A stretch of 64,000 nucleotides of DNA from the human T2T-CHM13v2.0 reference genome, Homo sapiens. The notes under the pieces were generated by a model that saw only the letters and a program-made list of their open reading frames with translations, searched no databases and was not told where the DNA came from. Where the stretch lies: the NCBI RefSeq assembly GCF_009914755.1, contig NC_060942.1. One strand, 5' to 3'. Shown one piece after another: positions 14,407-29,120 of this stretch. The first letter of the stretch is position 1. Each line of letters starts with the position of its first letter. The translations under genes were made by a program, and so were the position numbers.

Positions 14407-16451
14407 TAATTTTGTTAATGCATGATATGTGGAACTATGATCTCAATTCATGAATTTCTGGATATTCAAGAATAATTAAATACCAAAAAGTAGTAACGTC
14501 TGAGATATAAGACATATTACATCTTTCCCATCAAAACAAACTAAAGCCAGTGAAGGCTTGCCAGTGAAAGCAAAGTTAATTATCATTCTCTACTTAACAG
14601 GCAATAAAAGTTCTGTAGATAATGAGTTCTAGAAACATCATGGAAACCTCTGAAGATACTGCCCATTGGAATAAATATTCATTCTTACTGCTTCACTCCT
14701 TATATGACAATATAACATGGTACAACTTCCACCAAAGACAGAAATGATTTCTTTAGCTTTTTCAACCTGTGATGTGTTGTACCCACTTTCCAACTCATAT
14801 ATTTTCAACATGGCACATTAATTGAAGCACAATCTACACACACAATGAAGATCCCTTTCAGTGATTATGATAGTGTGATAATTCTTATCTTTATTTCAGC
14901 CTCTTGAGTAAGATCCAGTTTCAGGTTGGGCTTCGGTTTCCAAAGACATTATCTAGAGAATAATAACATAACCACTCACTAGAAAACACGGGAAAATTCT
15001 TTCTTCTTTCCTTTTCCAAACATAAATGAGAAGAAAAGAGAAAGAACTGCTAAGTCCAGAGGCTCTACACAAATGCACGTCCCAGCAGGACTAACCTGCA
15101 GATTACCTTCCTAACACCGTGTAAACGTGGCCCCAGTGCAAGGGTGCTTTATTACCGTACTGAGGTCCCCAGTCTTCCAAAGGAAAGGAAGTGTTGGCTT
15201 AACAGAGTGCTGTCAAGGGCACTTGGAAAGATGAGAGATCCCCAAATGCCTACGGACAGCACGATGAGATTTGTCGTTGCTTTCTACAATCATCCTGTAC
15301 AGGGACGAGAAATGGAACCAGCCTGCATCAGACCAATGTGCCATATGATGCTCCTATCAAGTCTGCATTTGCTCTTAATATACTACCTAACCAAGAATCC
15401 CTAGATGGTATTTCAAAATACAAAACTGAATTACCAGTGAAATCCTTAACCTGTGTTCAGGTAAGCTAACAGTGGAATGATCATTACCTTTTTAAGCACT
15501 AATTAATTAAAATTGTTAACAAACTGGAGTTTTAGAAAATGCAGATCGTAACAAAGTGAATCATATCTAGAATTTAGTCCACAATGCAATTTAATAGGTA
15601 TGCTTACAAATATAATTCACTGGCTATCATTTTTAAAAATCTCCTTTGCCTTCATCACAATAACACTCTGAAGAGTTGCAATATATTAAATGATGGGAAA
15701 GAAAAAAACTAAAAGTGTATTGTTTGTCTCTTCTTCCCTGCCTCCAAGTTTAGAATGCTATTATTCATAAAGTCTAGCTTTCTTCACATTATTTTTCAAG
15801 TAACTTTCTTTTTTAATTATAGAAACTATGTATCCTCATTAAAAAACAAAATCAGAAAATGTAATATATAAAGATGTAATGAAGAAAAAATAAAAATACA
15901 TCTATAATCCCCTCATTCAAAAAATAAGTTCTAGTATATTATGGGGTTTGTCCATGCTTATATATTTCCTCACATTATATTATAAGAAAAAAGCATCCAT
16001 ATACATCCACATGAACCCAAACTCTCACCACTGTTAAACAAATTCAAACACTAAATTCAGAAAGGTAACCAACATTTTGGTCACTGAATTCCACATTATA
16101 TAAATCACTAACAAATTCAATAGTACTCAGCTCAGATTTCATCACATTTATTTGTTAACTAGTCTAGTCACAGAGAAATTACCTCCTAACTCAGAAAAGA
16201 CCTTGTCCTGTGTCTCAGTTTTCCCATGTTGGAAAGGATTCAGTAGTAGTTCACTTTTTGATTTTAGTCAAAAAGTGCATAAAATATGATATATGGAATT
16301 TAGTGGGAACTCTACAGAGAACACCAAATTTGATCTTTTGAAATTTTCTTTCCTAGTGGAAGCAGATTTTAAGGGTTCTCTAATTATTTCTCTATTAGCA
16401 TCAACACTCATCAGATTTGTCACAAATCCATTTAAGATATATGGTAAAACT

Positions 16452-16621
16452 CAGGGATGAGCAATTTTTCTTTTTTTCTGTAAAGAACAAGAAAATATTT
16501 TTGACTTTGTGGCCATACGGTCTCTATCCATATCAACTCTGTTGTTACAACACAAAAGCAGCCATTCACAATGCATGAACAAATGGGCATGGCTGTGTTC
16601 CAATAAAACTTTATTTACAAA
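16452..16621 (-). mobile_element. MER58A hAT MITE (partial)
   Basis: ggccatacggtctct...ggcatggctgtgttccaataaaactttatttacaaa. Confidence 0.8.
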
Positions 16622-16644
16622 GTCTTTATTTCAAAACCAAGACT

Positions 16645-16790
16645 TTTCTGGAAATGAAGAGTGGTAATGGTCATGGTTGCACAACAATGTGAATATATTT
16701 AATGCCACTGATTTGTACACTTAAAAATAGTTAAAATGATAGATTTTATGTTATGTATATTTTACCACAATTTAAAAAGAAACAAAAACA
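16645..16790 (+). mobile_element. L1MB-like 3' end fragment
   Basis: ggttgcacaacaatgtgaat...aatgccactga...gtatattttaccacaat plus A-tail. Confidence 0.75.
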
Positions 16791-16863
16791 AAATTTTGTT
16801 CACAAGATGTTTTTTCTAACTCCTAGACTACACAGTCCTTTCTGCTTAAAATACTCTGTGATT

Positions 16864-17356
<493 letters not shown>

Positions 17357-18259
17357 CTGTGATTAAGTGGTTTCTAAAACCTAATGTGTAATACTTGCAA
17401 AGATAAAATTGCTCTTCTACCAAACCTTTCTTTCAATATTTCTGAAACTGTAAAAAGTACTTTAAATTCTAATGTTATAAGCAAAGTAGCTAAAACGGGG
17501 CTGGTAATTTTTCCCCTCTGCTTTATCTTGGGTTAGAGTCGAAGTATTTAAGCACTTCCGAGTATGTAACAGCAAGCAGGTTCACCACACTGGGGAAAAT
17601 GTCTTGAGTAATGAAAAGAGCACCAAGATAATCTACCTTATTAGGCAATCTAGGCTTTTTTGAAAGTTATAAATGAAAAGAAATACAGTATAAAAGATGT
17701 CATTTGAGTATTATCAGAGTAATTTTGCAACGCATTATTTATATATTTCAAATATTCAAGGCACCATATAACTGTTCAATTTTATTTCTTTTTTTTTTTT
17801 TATTCAAAGCCTACATTCATAGTTGCTTAATGGGATGTTTTTCTTCTTCATATTTTTAGTGCCTTTCAATAAAATATATCATTGCTTAACATCTACATTT
17901 TGCTTAACTTTAGATCTACCCACACATACTCAGGCTGAAAATAAATGCTCTTTTACAAGTTAGATTTTGGGGGATTTTGTACGTTTTGCTTTGCTTTTCG
18001 GTTTTCATTGTAACCATAGTCAACTAGATTCAGCCATAAGACATCAACACTGACAAAGTGTAGTCCGGACTAGCTTTTGCACTTCCACATCATGATTAAT
18101 TTATTATTCATCTGGTACCTTCCTATTAAACTTTGTCTTTAGCCTGTGAACTTTTCTTTCAGCTTCCAACAAAGGATTTCATTGCTTTAGGAATCGAGGT
18201 GTGGCTAAGTTTTTACCTGGGAGCAAAGGTGATGCAAGCGTTTCTGGTGAGACCTACCC

Positions 18260-18320
18260 TTGGTTTAGGGTGGGGAGGGACCGCATAACAGACCATCTGT
18301 AGACTCCTTCGGAAAGCAGC
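18260..18320 (+). promoter_or_regulatory. DSG3 core promoter: GT/CACCC box and weak TATA-like element
   Basis: GGGTGGGGAGGG (Sp/KLF-type) at 18268-18279; CATAACA at 18284-18290, about 28 nt before the presumed start; no CpG island. Confidence 0.6.
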
Positions 18321-18421
18321 AGAGATGCTGCAGAGGGTTTTTCTTAGACATTAACTGCAGACGGCTGGCAGGATAGAAGCAGCGGCTCACTTGGACTTTT
18401 TCACCAGGGAAATCAGAGACA

Positions 18422-18469
18422 ATGATGGGGCTCTTCCCCAGAACTACAGGGGCTCTGGCCATCTTCGTG
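18422..18469 (+). CDS. DSG3: DSG3 exon 1 coding part (signal peptide start, MMGLFPRTTGALAIFV)
   Basis: ATG at 18422; 48 nt; donor GTAAGT at 18470. Confidence 0.97.
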
Positions 18470-19451
18470 GTAAGTCCTGGATTTTCCTAATAATCACAAA
18501 CTTCCCTGCTTCCTCCCTTGTTAAAGAATATTATATTTGATTGCACAATCTTTATTATAAATTCTAAAAGGAGTGCAGTGGAAATCAACACTTTGAAATG
18601 AAATCGTGAAGATTACCAATTTCCTTCTTTTGTTGTTTTTTGTTTATGTTGTATTTTACATAGAAAAATAAACCAGAAAGAAATGAGTTTTAAAAACCAT
18701 TTAGAATTTTTTTTAGTTAATGAATTAAGTAATCTTAATCACAGGTTATATTTTCCACAACATTTTCAGTTTCTTTAAAGTTATGCTTTTACTAGTTTTT
18801 CTAACCCACAAACAAGAACACAGGAGCCACTTCTATTTTCCAAGATTACATGTCTCTTAGCATATAGCTAAGAACTCTACACGCCTGGGCTTGATACCTG
18901 ACACGCTTTTAAAAGTAAAAAATCGCAGAATTAAAATCAAAGCAGTGTTTGACTCTAGAGAAGTTGGGAGGATTATTAAGTAAGTATTTATGTTTAGCTA
19001 TTATGTGCCAAAAGAAAATGTCAGCCTTTGGGGATGGGGGGAAAGACATACAACATTTTAAAGCCATTTTTTTCAAAAAAGTAATACTTCTGTTGATTGA
19101 GAAAGTCGTACATAGTATTATCTAAAAGAGAAACGGAATGTTACAGACTGTTTAAAACCTGGATGTTACAGACTAACTTACTCCTTAACTGTGTTCTTAT
19201 AGCAAAAAAAAAAAAAAAAGAAAAGTCACAATATTATCTGTTACACGGAGATATCAAAATAGTTAAATATACCTTAAAAATGAATGTCAAAACAATTCCT
19301 AATGCTAATTTGTATGGTTTCCATGATAAGCTGGGTTGGCCTAGGCATCAATTTACCTCATTTCTTCATGAAAAAAAATTGAGATAAATGGACTTCAAGA
19401 AGTCACAGGGAGATAGATCTCAAGAAAGGACTTTCTTAGCTCTCCCTAAGA

Positions 19452-19749
19452 TTTTTGTTTTTGTTGTTGTTTTTGAGACAAGGTCTGGCTCTGTTGCCCA
19501 GGCTGGAGTGCAGTGGTGCGATCTCCAACTTCTGCCTCTGGGGTTCAAGTGATTCTCGTGCCTCAGCCTCCTGAGTAGCTGAGATTACAGGCGTGCACCA
19601 CCACAGCCAGCTAATTTTTTTGTATTGTTAGTAGAGATGGGGTTTTGCCATGTTGACCAGTCTAGTCTCAAACTCCTAGCCTCAATGGATCCGTCCACCT
19701 CGGCCTCCCATAATGCTGGGATTGCAGATGTGAGCCACTGCACCCAGCC
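19452..19749 (-). mobile_element. Alu (S/J-type), intron 1
   Basis: Antisense dimer; ctaagatt on both flanks. Confidence 0.9.
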
Positions 19750-20364
19750 TCTAAGATTCTATTTCTATTACGACAATGTAACTGTGTTCAGTACCTGATT
19801 TTATTTGAAAGGAGGATGTTGTTAAAGAGAAATGTGACAGTTGTATGACTTTCCCACCTTTCCAGATGGGAAATGTCTGGGCTGAACCCCAGGTGGTCTG
19901 ATAACCCCTATGTCCAAGCCAATGGCAAAGCTCAGGAAGTTAGGGGCCATGCAGCATGGGCTGTCGGGATAGTATTGCCATGAGGACATAGGATTGGGCC
20001 ACCATAAGCTAAGGGGGGCTCTTCTTTTTTTCTAATTTGACATATAGGACACTCTCAATTACCCCTCTGATTCTGGAGTGACTGTGACATCCTTATATTG
20101 AGGCTAATTTTTATTTTTATATTCTCAATGCTTATTATATCTGTCTTAGAGTGGACATGCAATTGTTTGAAGAATGAATAAATGAATGATTTAATGAGCC
20201 TTCTCTAAACTAAAAAACCCCCGCACAATGTCCCTATAATTCTAGTCATAAAGGAAACTATGAAATGACATGTATTTGGTTCCACTCAAGAAAATTTTAC
20301 ATACACATGCTGTTTAAACAACAGTATAACTTCATACATAATTGTTCAACTGAGTGTTCTAGAC

Positions 20365-20689
20365 CTACTCTGTCCCATATGGTAGCCACCAGCCACATGT
20401 GGTTTTAAGCCACTTGAAATGTGGTTGGTCTGAGTTGAGGTGTGCTATTTAATATAAAATATACATCATAATTTGAAGAAGACTTTGAATGAACAAAAGA
20501 ATGTAAAATATGTCAATAATTTTTTATGTTGATTACATGTTGAAATGATAGTATTTTGGATGTATTAGATTAAGTTAACCGTATTGTTAAAATGCATTTC
20601 ACCTTTTAAAAACGTTTTAAATGTGACTAAATTTTTTAATTATATGTGGTTCGCATTTGTGGTTTTTATCTTTCTATTGGACAGTACTG
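20365..20689 (+). mobile_element. MER33 hAT-Charlie element
   Basis: Terminal inverted ends ctactctgtcccatatggtagccac ... tattggacagtactg; AT-rich interior matches the recalled MER33 consensus. Confidence 0.85.
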
Positions 20690-22567
20690 GTCTACTATTA
20701 ATGCTATTGATAGAAGGCAGTGTCAGTCAGGAGAGAGGCAATCAAGTCTTTATGGATTCAGTGAAATTTGAGCTGATTTGGGATAAGTATAGATGGACAG
20801 GCCAAAAGGAGATCTCTTGGGTTGTCAGAAGAGTATAATCAAAGGCAGGCACAGTTAGGATTTGCCTAGGGGAAATGGACACACCAGTATGACTAGCATG
20901 ACAGTTTGCTTTGGAGAATCTGGACATGAATTGGAAAGGCAGCTGAGGGTCAGATTGAAAAGTGCATTTTGTGAAGGCTCATGGAAACCTTTTACAAGTG
21001 GGGAGCCACCCAGAGTTTTGAAATAATGTGGTCATGGGGGGGAAAAGCAATGTTTTCTAAAGCATTCTCAAGTGGGAATGCTCATCTTTTGTTGTTGCAG
21101 GGTGGGTTCTGAAAGTTGGCAGATGTGTTTGAAGGTTTTGTAATAATCCACCATCCAATGACCATACATGGGTTGCCCAGAACAGTGAGAAATAATAGCA
21201 AAGTCATAGACTTAAATCTCTGGCTATGCCACTGACTCACTACAGGCTTTGTTTCCTCAACTGTCAAATAAGAATCACACCCCACCCCCTGCCTAATGAA
21301 AATGGTCATAGTGAGAATAAAGCAGCAATGCATGCAAAACAATTAAAAAGTGCTGTGAGAAAGATGAAGTGATTTGTAAACCCTCTAATTTTTATCACTT
21401 GTACTATTTTTAGTAATGGGGTAATTCTTGATAACTTCTTCACATTGTGTCTTACTATCTTAAATAACCATGGATACCAGTGTTAGTAAGTCAAGAAAGG
21501 GCCTGCATTTGTCTTGAGCTAAAAAGTATATCAAAAACAGTTGTCGTATCAATTTTTAAATTGACAGGAAAAAATAAAAGCTATATTTGGGAGGAGAAGG
21601 CATGGGGAATAACTGTCTACTATTGAAAAAAATGTAGTATTTATCAGTTTCTTGTGCTTGTATGATCCATTTTATGCAACGTAAAATAAACGTTTTTGAG
21701 GAAAGGACTCATGGTTGAAAATGCTTATCTTCAGAGATTTAATCTTTTGAAAAAAAAATTTATCTTCAGAGGAAACCATTGTGTTTTGTAGTCCACCAAA
21801 TCCGAAACAGTTTGTCATCCAACACTGCTATGAGCATTTGGACAATTTGCTATATAACTTTATGTTACTATATTAGGTAAAGCTTTCCTCACTAAAAATT
21901 AATAGAGATGTTTGAAATCTAAAGATTTTTAGAGTACAATTTTTTTAAAGAAGTTGGTGGTAGGAAAAAAAAGAGAGAAGCAGTTTAAATACCAAGTTTG
22001 AGTTAGCAAGTGTTCTAAATACAGCACAACTATCTTCAACCACTTTGTTTTCTATAAAACATCTAAAAAGAAAATCTTTAGAAAAAGAATTCTAGGCTAA
22101 ATGGCCCAAATGTTTAACAAAATGAAAAATCTCTAAGATATCTCTTCTTCTCCTGATTGACCCAGTTTCCAGCACTGCTAATATATATAAAAATAAATGT
22201 TCTACTGAACTTCCCAAAAAGTTAATATTCTAAAATCAGAATACCCTTGCCAAATGGTTCTTCCAGCCCTGCCTACTTGGGCAGAAGTCAGGAAAGATGT
22301 AATTACTTCTACCAATTAGCACTCCCTCTTGCTTCATACCTGAAACCGGTTTTCATCTGGAACTAGAACACTCAGTGCTCATGAGGTTTCTCACAAACCT
22401 TTTAGCCTTTGGCTCTTTCTGTCCACTTAAGAGTCAAGCTGGTAGCCTAAGGTGAGGCCTTGCTTTGGGTAGTTCACCATAAGAAAATTACATAGACGAT
22501 TTGGTTACTACTCATAATCACAAGATGAATAATTGAATCTGTCTAATATACACCTTTTTCTTGGAGA

Positions 22568-22690
22568 GCTGCTGTGCAGCTGGCTAGGTTGTACACTGCA
22601 CAACTCCAGGAGGTGCATTCACATAAACTACAGCGTGAGGAGTGCCCTGGCATTACTCAAGGAGCAACCTACACAATTGTACAGTGGAGT
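22568..22690. mobile_element. MER91-type palindromic MITE remnant
   Basis: ggttgtacactgcacaactccaggaggtgcattcacataaactacagcgtga...caacctacacaattgtaca. Confidence 0.65.
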
Positions 22691-22790
22691 ACTGTTTCTT
22701 TTCTCCTTCTCATGGTCAAGAAAGAGAACAATCTTATGCACCTTGACAGTGAATAATTACAGGTCACTTCACATAAAAATGGCTCTTTTA

Positions 22791-23129
<339 letters not shown>

Positions 23130-23169
23130 TTAACATTTTATTAAATGGCAATTTAATAAAACTAACTTA

Positions 23170-23365
23170 CTTTGGGCTGGGCTCACCTATGTGCTTTACA
23201 CCTATTAATTTAATCCTCACAACAAACCTATAAGGTAGGTAAAATTAATTATTATTCCTATTGTACAGATGAAGAAACTGAAAGATTAAGGAATGTTCCC
23301 AAGTTATATGCTAGTACATGGTTGGGAGTTGGATTTAAATTCAGTGATTCAGAATCCAGTATCCA
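23170..23365 (-). mobile_element. MIR SINE
   Basis: tttaatcctcacaacaaacctataaggtagg...tacagatgaagaaactgaa. Confidence 0.7.
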
Positions 23366-24374
23366 ATTTTATATTATCATACTTGACTGCAGCCTACACA
23401 GCATTTCAAATGAGCATTTAAGAATATCCAGGGATATTTATTTTTCTTAGCATTCTGTCATGATACAAGGCTTAACTTTCTAAATTAATTGAATTTACTC
23501 TAAAAATCAGTTATTGGAAATTGAATTCTTCACAATTAAATAATTTCCAAGTAATCAGATATATATCAACTTTGTTCAATTAAGGAATTTGCTTTGATAA
23601 ATACAAAGTTTATCACAATGTTTCAGAGTTTTTAAATTTTAAATTTCAATATATATAGAAAGCTATGAGATATTATGAAAGATGCTAATATGAATGATAT
23701 TACTTACCTGTGTATATTTCGTGACATTTTTCCCAAAAAAATTTAATAAATACAAAATCATGTTTAAAATTTGGACTGATTTATTTGAATTATCTAATTC
23801 ATTCTACAAATTTCCCCAAGAATCCCCATTCTAGAAATCAGAAGTGTAGTCAGGCCCTAGGCCTGGCTGGGATGAGCTACCTGCATCTAATCCATAGTCT
23901 TATGTTCTGTCCCCTGCCACACTAAAGCATGAGGTAACCCCAAACAAGATCTCGGCCAAACTAAAGTAAAGAGCAGGTGCTATTATACTTGCTTTTTGTT
24001 TAATCTAGCTACCCATATCCTCAGATTATATTTATTGTGTACATACCATATTCAATAGGAACCTTAATGATACAACCATATACATTTTTATTAACAAATA
24101 GAGCATATGGATATCAAATTGCTTTATTTCATATATTTTTTAAATTTAATAATTAGATTTGCTTTTGATAATATTTGTAATTCATATCTATACCAAGGCA
24201 CTAAGGCTATATCAATGCTTTAAAAATCATATAATTAAAATTTACAAAATAACCAGAAAACAAAAAGAAAGAAAAGTACAGTAATTCTCAAGATAAGGGA
24301 GGTTTTCTCCACGTTGGTATTTCCAATCCAGGCCACCAAAAGAGACAACTTAGTTCATTCAAATCGTCAGAAAA

Positions 24375-24495
24375 CTATGTAAATATTTATTGGCTTGATT
24401 TAGTCATTCCACAGTTTATACATATCTCAAAACAACATGTACATGATAAATATATACAATTTTGTCAATGAAAATAGATTTACAAATAAAAACAC
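24375..24495 (+). mobile_element. L1MA-like 3' end fragment
   Basis: gcttgatttagtcattccacag...ataaatatatacaattttgtcaat. Confidence 0.65.
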
Positions 24496-25273
24496 ATAAA
24501 TTGTTTTTAAAATATCCAAAATTATTATATTAGCAAATTAACTAAAACAAGTAGCCATTATATAAATATTAACTAAAATAATTTTTTTTAAAAAATACTA
24601 TTCTAAATAATGTAAGGCTGTGCTGTCCTCTAAAAATCTGAAGATCATTGCAATATTCAGAAATGTTTCCCATCACCTACTTCCCGGGAAAACAAATATT
24701 CTACCTTATTGTGTATTAGAAGAATCATTCTCTGTAGGGCTAGTCCAAGCATGATTCATATTTTCGGGATGACTCTCCAGTTTTCCTGTAAAGGGGAGCC
24801 TGCCTGGCCCATCCCTCCTCTCATGTGTAGCTGAGTCATTTTTATGCTCTGAGAAAGGAATTGTGCAGTTACTACATTTATCTGGTCTTCTCTACCAAGT
24901 AACTCAAGGTATTGCTTTAAAAAGAGCAACAATGTTGGAAAATAATTTTGAGACATGTTATAACCACAAGTAATGGTTCTTTTCCATGACAAATTTGAAC
25001 ACGCACTCTTTGGAATCAAGGTTTCAGCTGGAATGTCTAGAAGGGAAGAGTCCTGACATCTTATGTCTGACATAATTACTCATTTGGTTCAGACTTGGAC
25101 TAGTCTATTCATTATAACCCTAGAAAATAAACAATCTACATTGTTTCAAGAGCAACCATAGTCTTTTGCCAAATAGAAATCTAAATTGACTGTCATATAA
25201 TTTTCTTTGTACCATTAGTTTGTTTTTTTTTTTTTTCTCTTTATGACAACTTTGGTTAGAATTTAGCAGTAGT

Positions 25274-25586
25274 TGGCTCACACCTGTAATCCCAGCACTT
25301 TGGGAGGCCAAGGCGGGTGGATCACCTGAGGTCAGGAGTTCAAGACCAGCCTAGCCAACACGGTGAAACTCCGTCTCTGCTAAAGATACAAAATTAGCCG
25401 GGTGTGGTGGTGTGCCCATGCCTGTAATCCCTGTTACTCGGGAGGCTAAGGCAAGAGAATCCCTTGAACCCGGGAGACGAAGCTTACATTGAGTCAAGAT
25501 CGCACCATTGCACTCCAGCCAGGGCAAAAATTGCACTCCAGCCAGGGCAAAAAGAGCGAAACTCCGTCTCAAAAAAAAAAAAAAAA
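25274..25586 (+). mobile_element. AluS element, 5'-clipped, with internal 23-bp tandem duplication
   Basis: TSD agaatttag(c/t)agtagt; ttgcactccagccagggcaaaaa twice (25508-25553). Confidence 0.92.
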
Positions 25587-25594
25587 GAATTTAG

Positions 25595-25835
25595 TAGTAG
25601 TGAGGTACATGCTCTGGAGTTAGGCTACTGCGGTCGCTATCCTATTATGGCCATTAGCTAGGGCAAAGTATTCATTCCCTTGCATCTCCAATTCTTCATC
25701 TGTATACTAGGGATTATAATACTAGAATCTCCTTCAGGTGCCTGCTGTAAGTATTACATAAGACAGTAAGTATAAAGCTCTAGGAGTAGCAGCTGATACC
25801 GAAACTACACAATAAACATTAGCTACTGTTATTAC
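25595..25835 (+). mobile_element. MIR SINE
   Basis: gctctggagttagg...cttcatctgtatactagggattataat...caataaacattagctactgttatt. Confidence 0.65.
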
Positions 25836-26987
25836 TCTTCTAGTTTTTTTTTTCTTCTGACTTATTTTCCACCATTATTTTCCGACCAGATTCATCCGAT
25901 AATCAGTGGATTAGCAAATACTTGTTAAGCACCTGTGAGGGTTACAAGAAAAAAAAAATAACCTAATAGCACTGAACTGGAAAGTTTACAATACTCCTGG
26001 CTTAGCACAGAAATTCTTTCATACGCATAAAACAAGAAATAATAAACTGTGGTAAACCATCATGGGCTAAATTTCATGGTACAGAATATGTGTTGTACAA
26101 ACTCAGAAAAAGAGACATCAGTAAAGACAATTTCATGGAGGTTGTTGGAACTTGATGGATCTGAAAGGATGAGCAATATTTAAGTGGGTGGAGTAGAAAG
26201 AGGTAATGCATGCCAGGCAGAACAGAAGATGAAAAATGACACAGATGAATGTCTCATATGCTCTTGAGAAGGTGAAGACCCTAGCCTACATGGCTTCATT
26301 TTACTGTCATTTAATTTTTTGGGGCCACTCTGAAAATTAAGTTCAATATTTAAATTGAAGTAATAGAGCAGAGATGAACAGATCCATGTCTCACTGCAAA
26401 CAGGGTTTGTGATTGGAATAGCATATCCTCATCTTTTACGTTTTGTTCTCTAAACCAGACTGGTTCCATTCCATTCTTTTCACTTGTACAATTAAAGAAA
26501 ATGTTCTGTAATTGTAGAGGACTAATACAGGATTGCCTTCCTACAAATCAGTTGGGTGGCTGAAGGTTTTTAATAATCCCCTGTGGCCCCTTTCTGAAGC
26601 ATTTCACAATGGTGCTTACCAATGTTTCCCAAAGCAATGACTTTCATAGCTTCCAGGAACGGTGTATAAAGCAGCCAGGTAAGAATTGTGTGGTTGCTGC
26701 AACTGACTATTAGGCATAGTTTTTGCAAAGTCCAATAGGTTCTTCTTTATGTCATCAAAATTCTGTAGTCAATTAAAAAACTGGTGGAATGTGTTTATAT
26801 TGACAGTAATATTCCTTTTCCTGGTAGGAACTTACCCTTTGATTATGGCTTCTTGAAACTTACTTCTTTTGAAATAGAAACAAATCACAATATGAACAAT
26901 GGAATATAATAATCAGGATTATTCATTGTATATAATTCCTTATTTGAAGAATTCACATTTAATTCGACTTTATTTAAATGTCTGCAG

Positions 26988-27023
26988 GTGGTCATATTGG
27001 TTCATGGAGAATTGCGAATAGAG
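26988..27023 (+). CDS. DSG3: DSG3 exon 2 (VVILVHGELRIE), 36-nt exon
   Basis: Acceptor tctgcag, donor GTAAAG; phase 0/0. Confidence 0.96.
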
Positions 27024-27540
27024 GTAAAGTATGAAAAAGGTTTTTGTACTTAAAATAATAGTTTAGTTTAAAAAAAAATTAAATTGTGTTTAGTAGAAAT
27101 GAATATTTAATTTCTAAAATTATTCAATAATTTAATTGTGAAAATATATAAAATTAAAATTCTAATAACTGATAACAATATTTTAAAACTAGTCATCCAT
27201 AAATGTCATTATTATAATTTATTTCATGCATTCTTTTCTTCTTATCTTAAACAAATCAGCTGGTCAAACCCTATGGGCCCAGTAAGATACTGTGGAGTAT
27301 AAAAAGAAAATATAAAATACGACTAAATGCTAATATTAAAAATCACATAGCTTTGTAGTTATTTTAGTTATTTAACATTTATTACTTGCTTGACAAAGTA
27401 TCAGGTAGAGCTAATTAGATACCTAACAGTCTTAGTGATCTTGAAACATAGGGGGTTCCTCAACTAGGTGTCTGTAATCAATATTCTAAGCAAAAATTGC
27501 CATTAATTTCCATAACAAATGGAATCCCTTTTTACATAAG

Positions 27541-27672
27541 ACTAAAGGTCAATATGATGAAGAAGAGATGACTATGCAACAAGCTAAAAGAAGGCAAAAA
27601 CGTGAATGGGTGAAATTTGCCAAACCCTGCAGAGAAGGAGAAGATAACTCAAAAAGAAACCCAATTGCCAAG
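27541..27672 (+). CDS. DSG3: DSG3 exon 3 (propeptide, proprotein-convertase site RRQKR|EWVK, start of EC1 with Trp2)
   Basis: 132 nt; acceptor tttacataag, donor GTAAGT; [10 protein letters not shown]...NPIAK. Confidence 0.97.
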
Positions 27673-28023
27673 GTAAGTTATATCAACAGGAGCGTATGAG
27701 TTTTTAGAATAAATGTATAAGGTGTAAATTAAAATAATACGGCAATTCCAAATAACAAAATGAAGACTGGGGAGTCCACAGAACAAGTGAACTGGTATCC
27801 TCAACAAAATAGTACAATAATAATAATAATGAGAGAAAGAGAGAAAGGAAGGTAGCTTCTAGGGTTATGAAAAAGAATTGAGACAAAGAATTGAGACATA
27901 TTGACCAATTTTAATATAGAAGGCTTACTTGGATACAGAGTCTAGCAAACAAATAGGAAAAATAATGCATGTATAAGACAGAAATGGTTGGGAGCAAAAT
28001 ATGGATTGGTCATGTATTGATAA

Positions 28024-28448
<425 letters not shown>

Positions 28449-28964
28449 TGTTATACTGTTCTAACTTTACATATATTTCACATTTTTCATGTTAAAAAGC
28501 TTTAAAATTACAATAATAATAAGTAAATTATTTTAATACATATTTTAACCCTACCATACAATCTCTTTCCCTTTTTGTCTCTCCACTTCCCCCTATTTAA
28601 ACTAAATAAATATCTTTTGTTTTTTAATGTTGTCAGGTAAAGAGGGAGCCTTCAGGAGTAGCCTTGTCAATATTAAATGCCTTTGACTTTCTTTTAACAT
28701 TTTAACACTATCATGTGGCCACAGTCTGAGCAAATATTCTAACACTAAAATGATTAGTGCACATCATTGGTTCAGGCTGGTTGTCAAAAACAACGGTTTG
28801 ATTTTATTTCATATTCCTAGTATCTATCAAGGCAAAAAGTAAATGGCACAATGTCAAAAAGAGTGAATCGAATGAACAGATGACTTTAGACTATGGAAGT
28901 GGGGGTGGAGAGGGAAAGGCTTGAGTGATGGTCACCTCAACGTTTTTGGTATTTGGGGCTGTAG

Positions 28965-29120
28965 ATTACTTCAGATTACCAAGCAACCCAGAAAATCACC
29001 TACCGAATCTCTGGAGTGGGAATCGATCAGCCGCCTTTTGGAATCTTTGTTGTTGACAAAAACACTGGAGATATTAACATAACAGCTATAGTCGACCGGG
29101 AGGAAACTCCAAGCTTCCTG
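28965..29120 (+). CDS. DSG3: DSG3 exon 4 (EC1, contains DRE motif)
   Basis: 156 nt; [10 protein letters not shown]...[10 protein letters not shown]; ctgtag / GTAAGT. Confidence 0.97.

Noticed and set aside
18267-18280. Promoter G-quadruplex
   Set aside because: Only three G-runs of 3 or more; better read as an Sp/KLF box.
27871-27898. Short tandem duplications (aaagaattgagac x2; similar at 43843 and 49846)
   Set aside because: Ordinary slippage events with no functional context.
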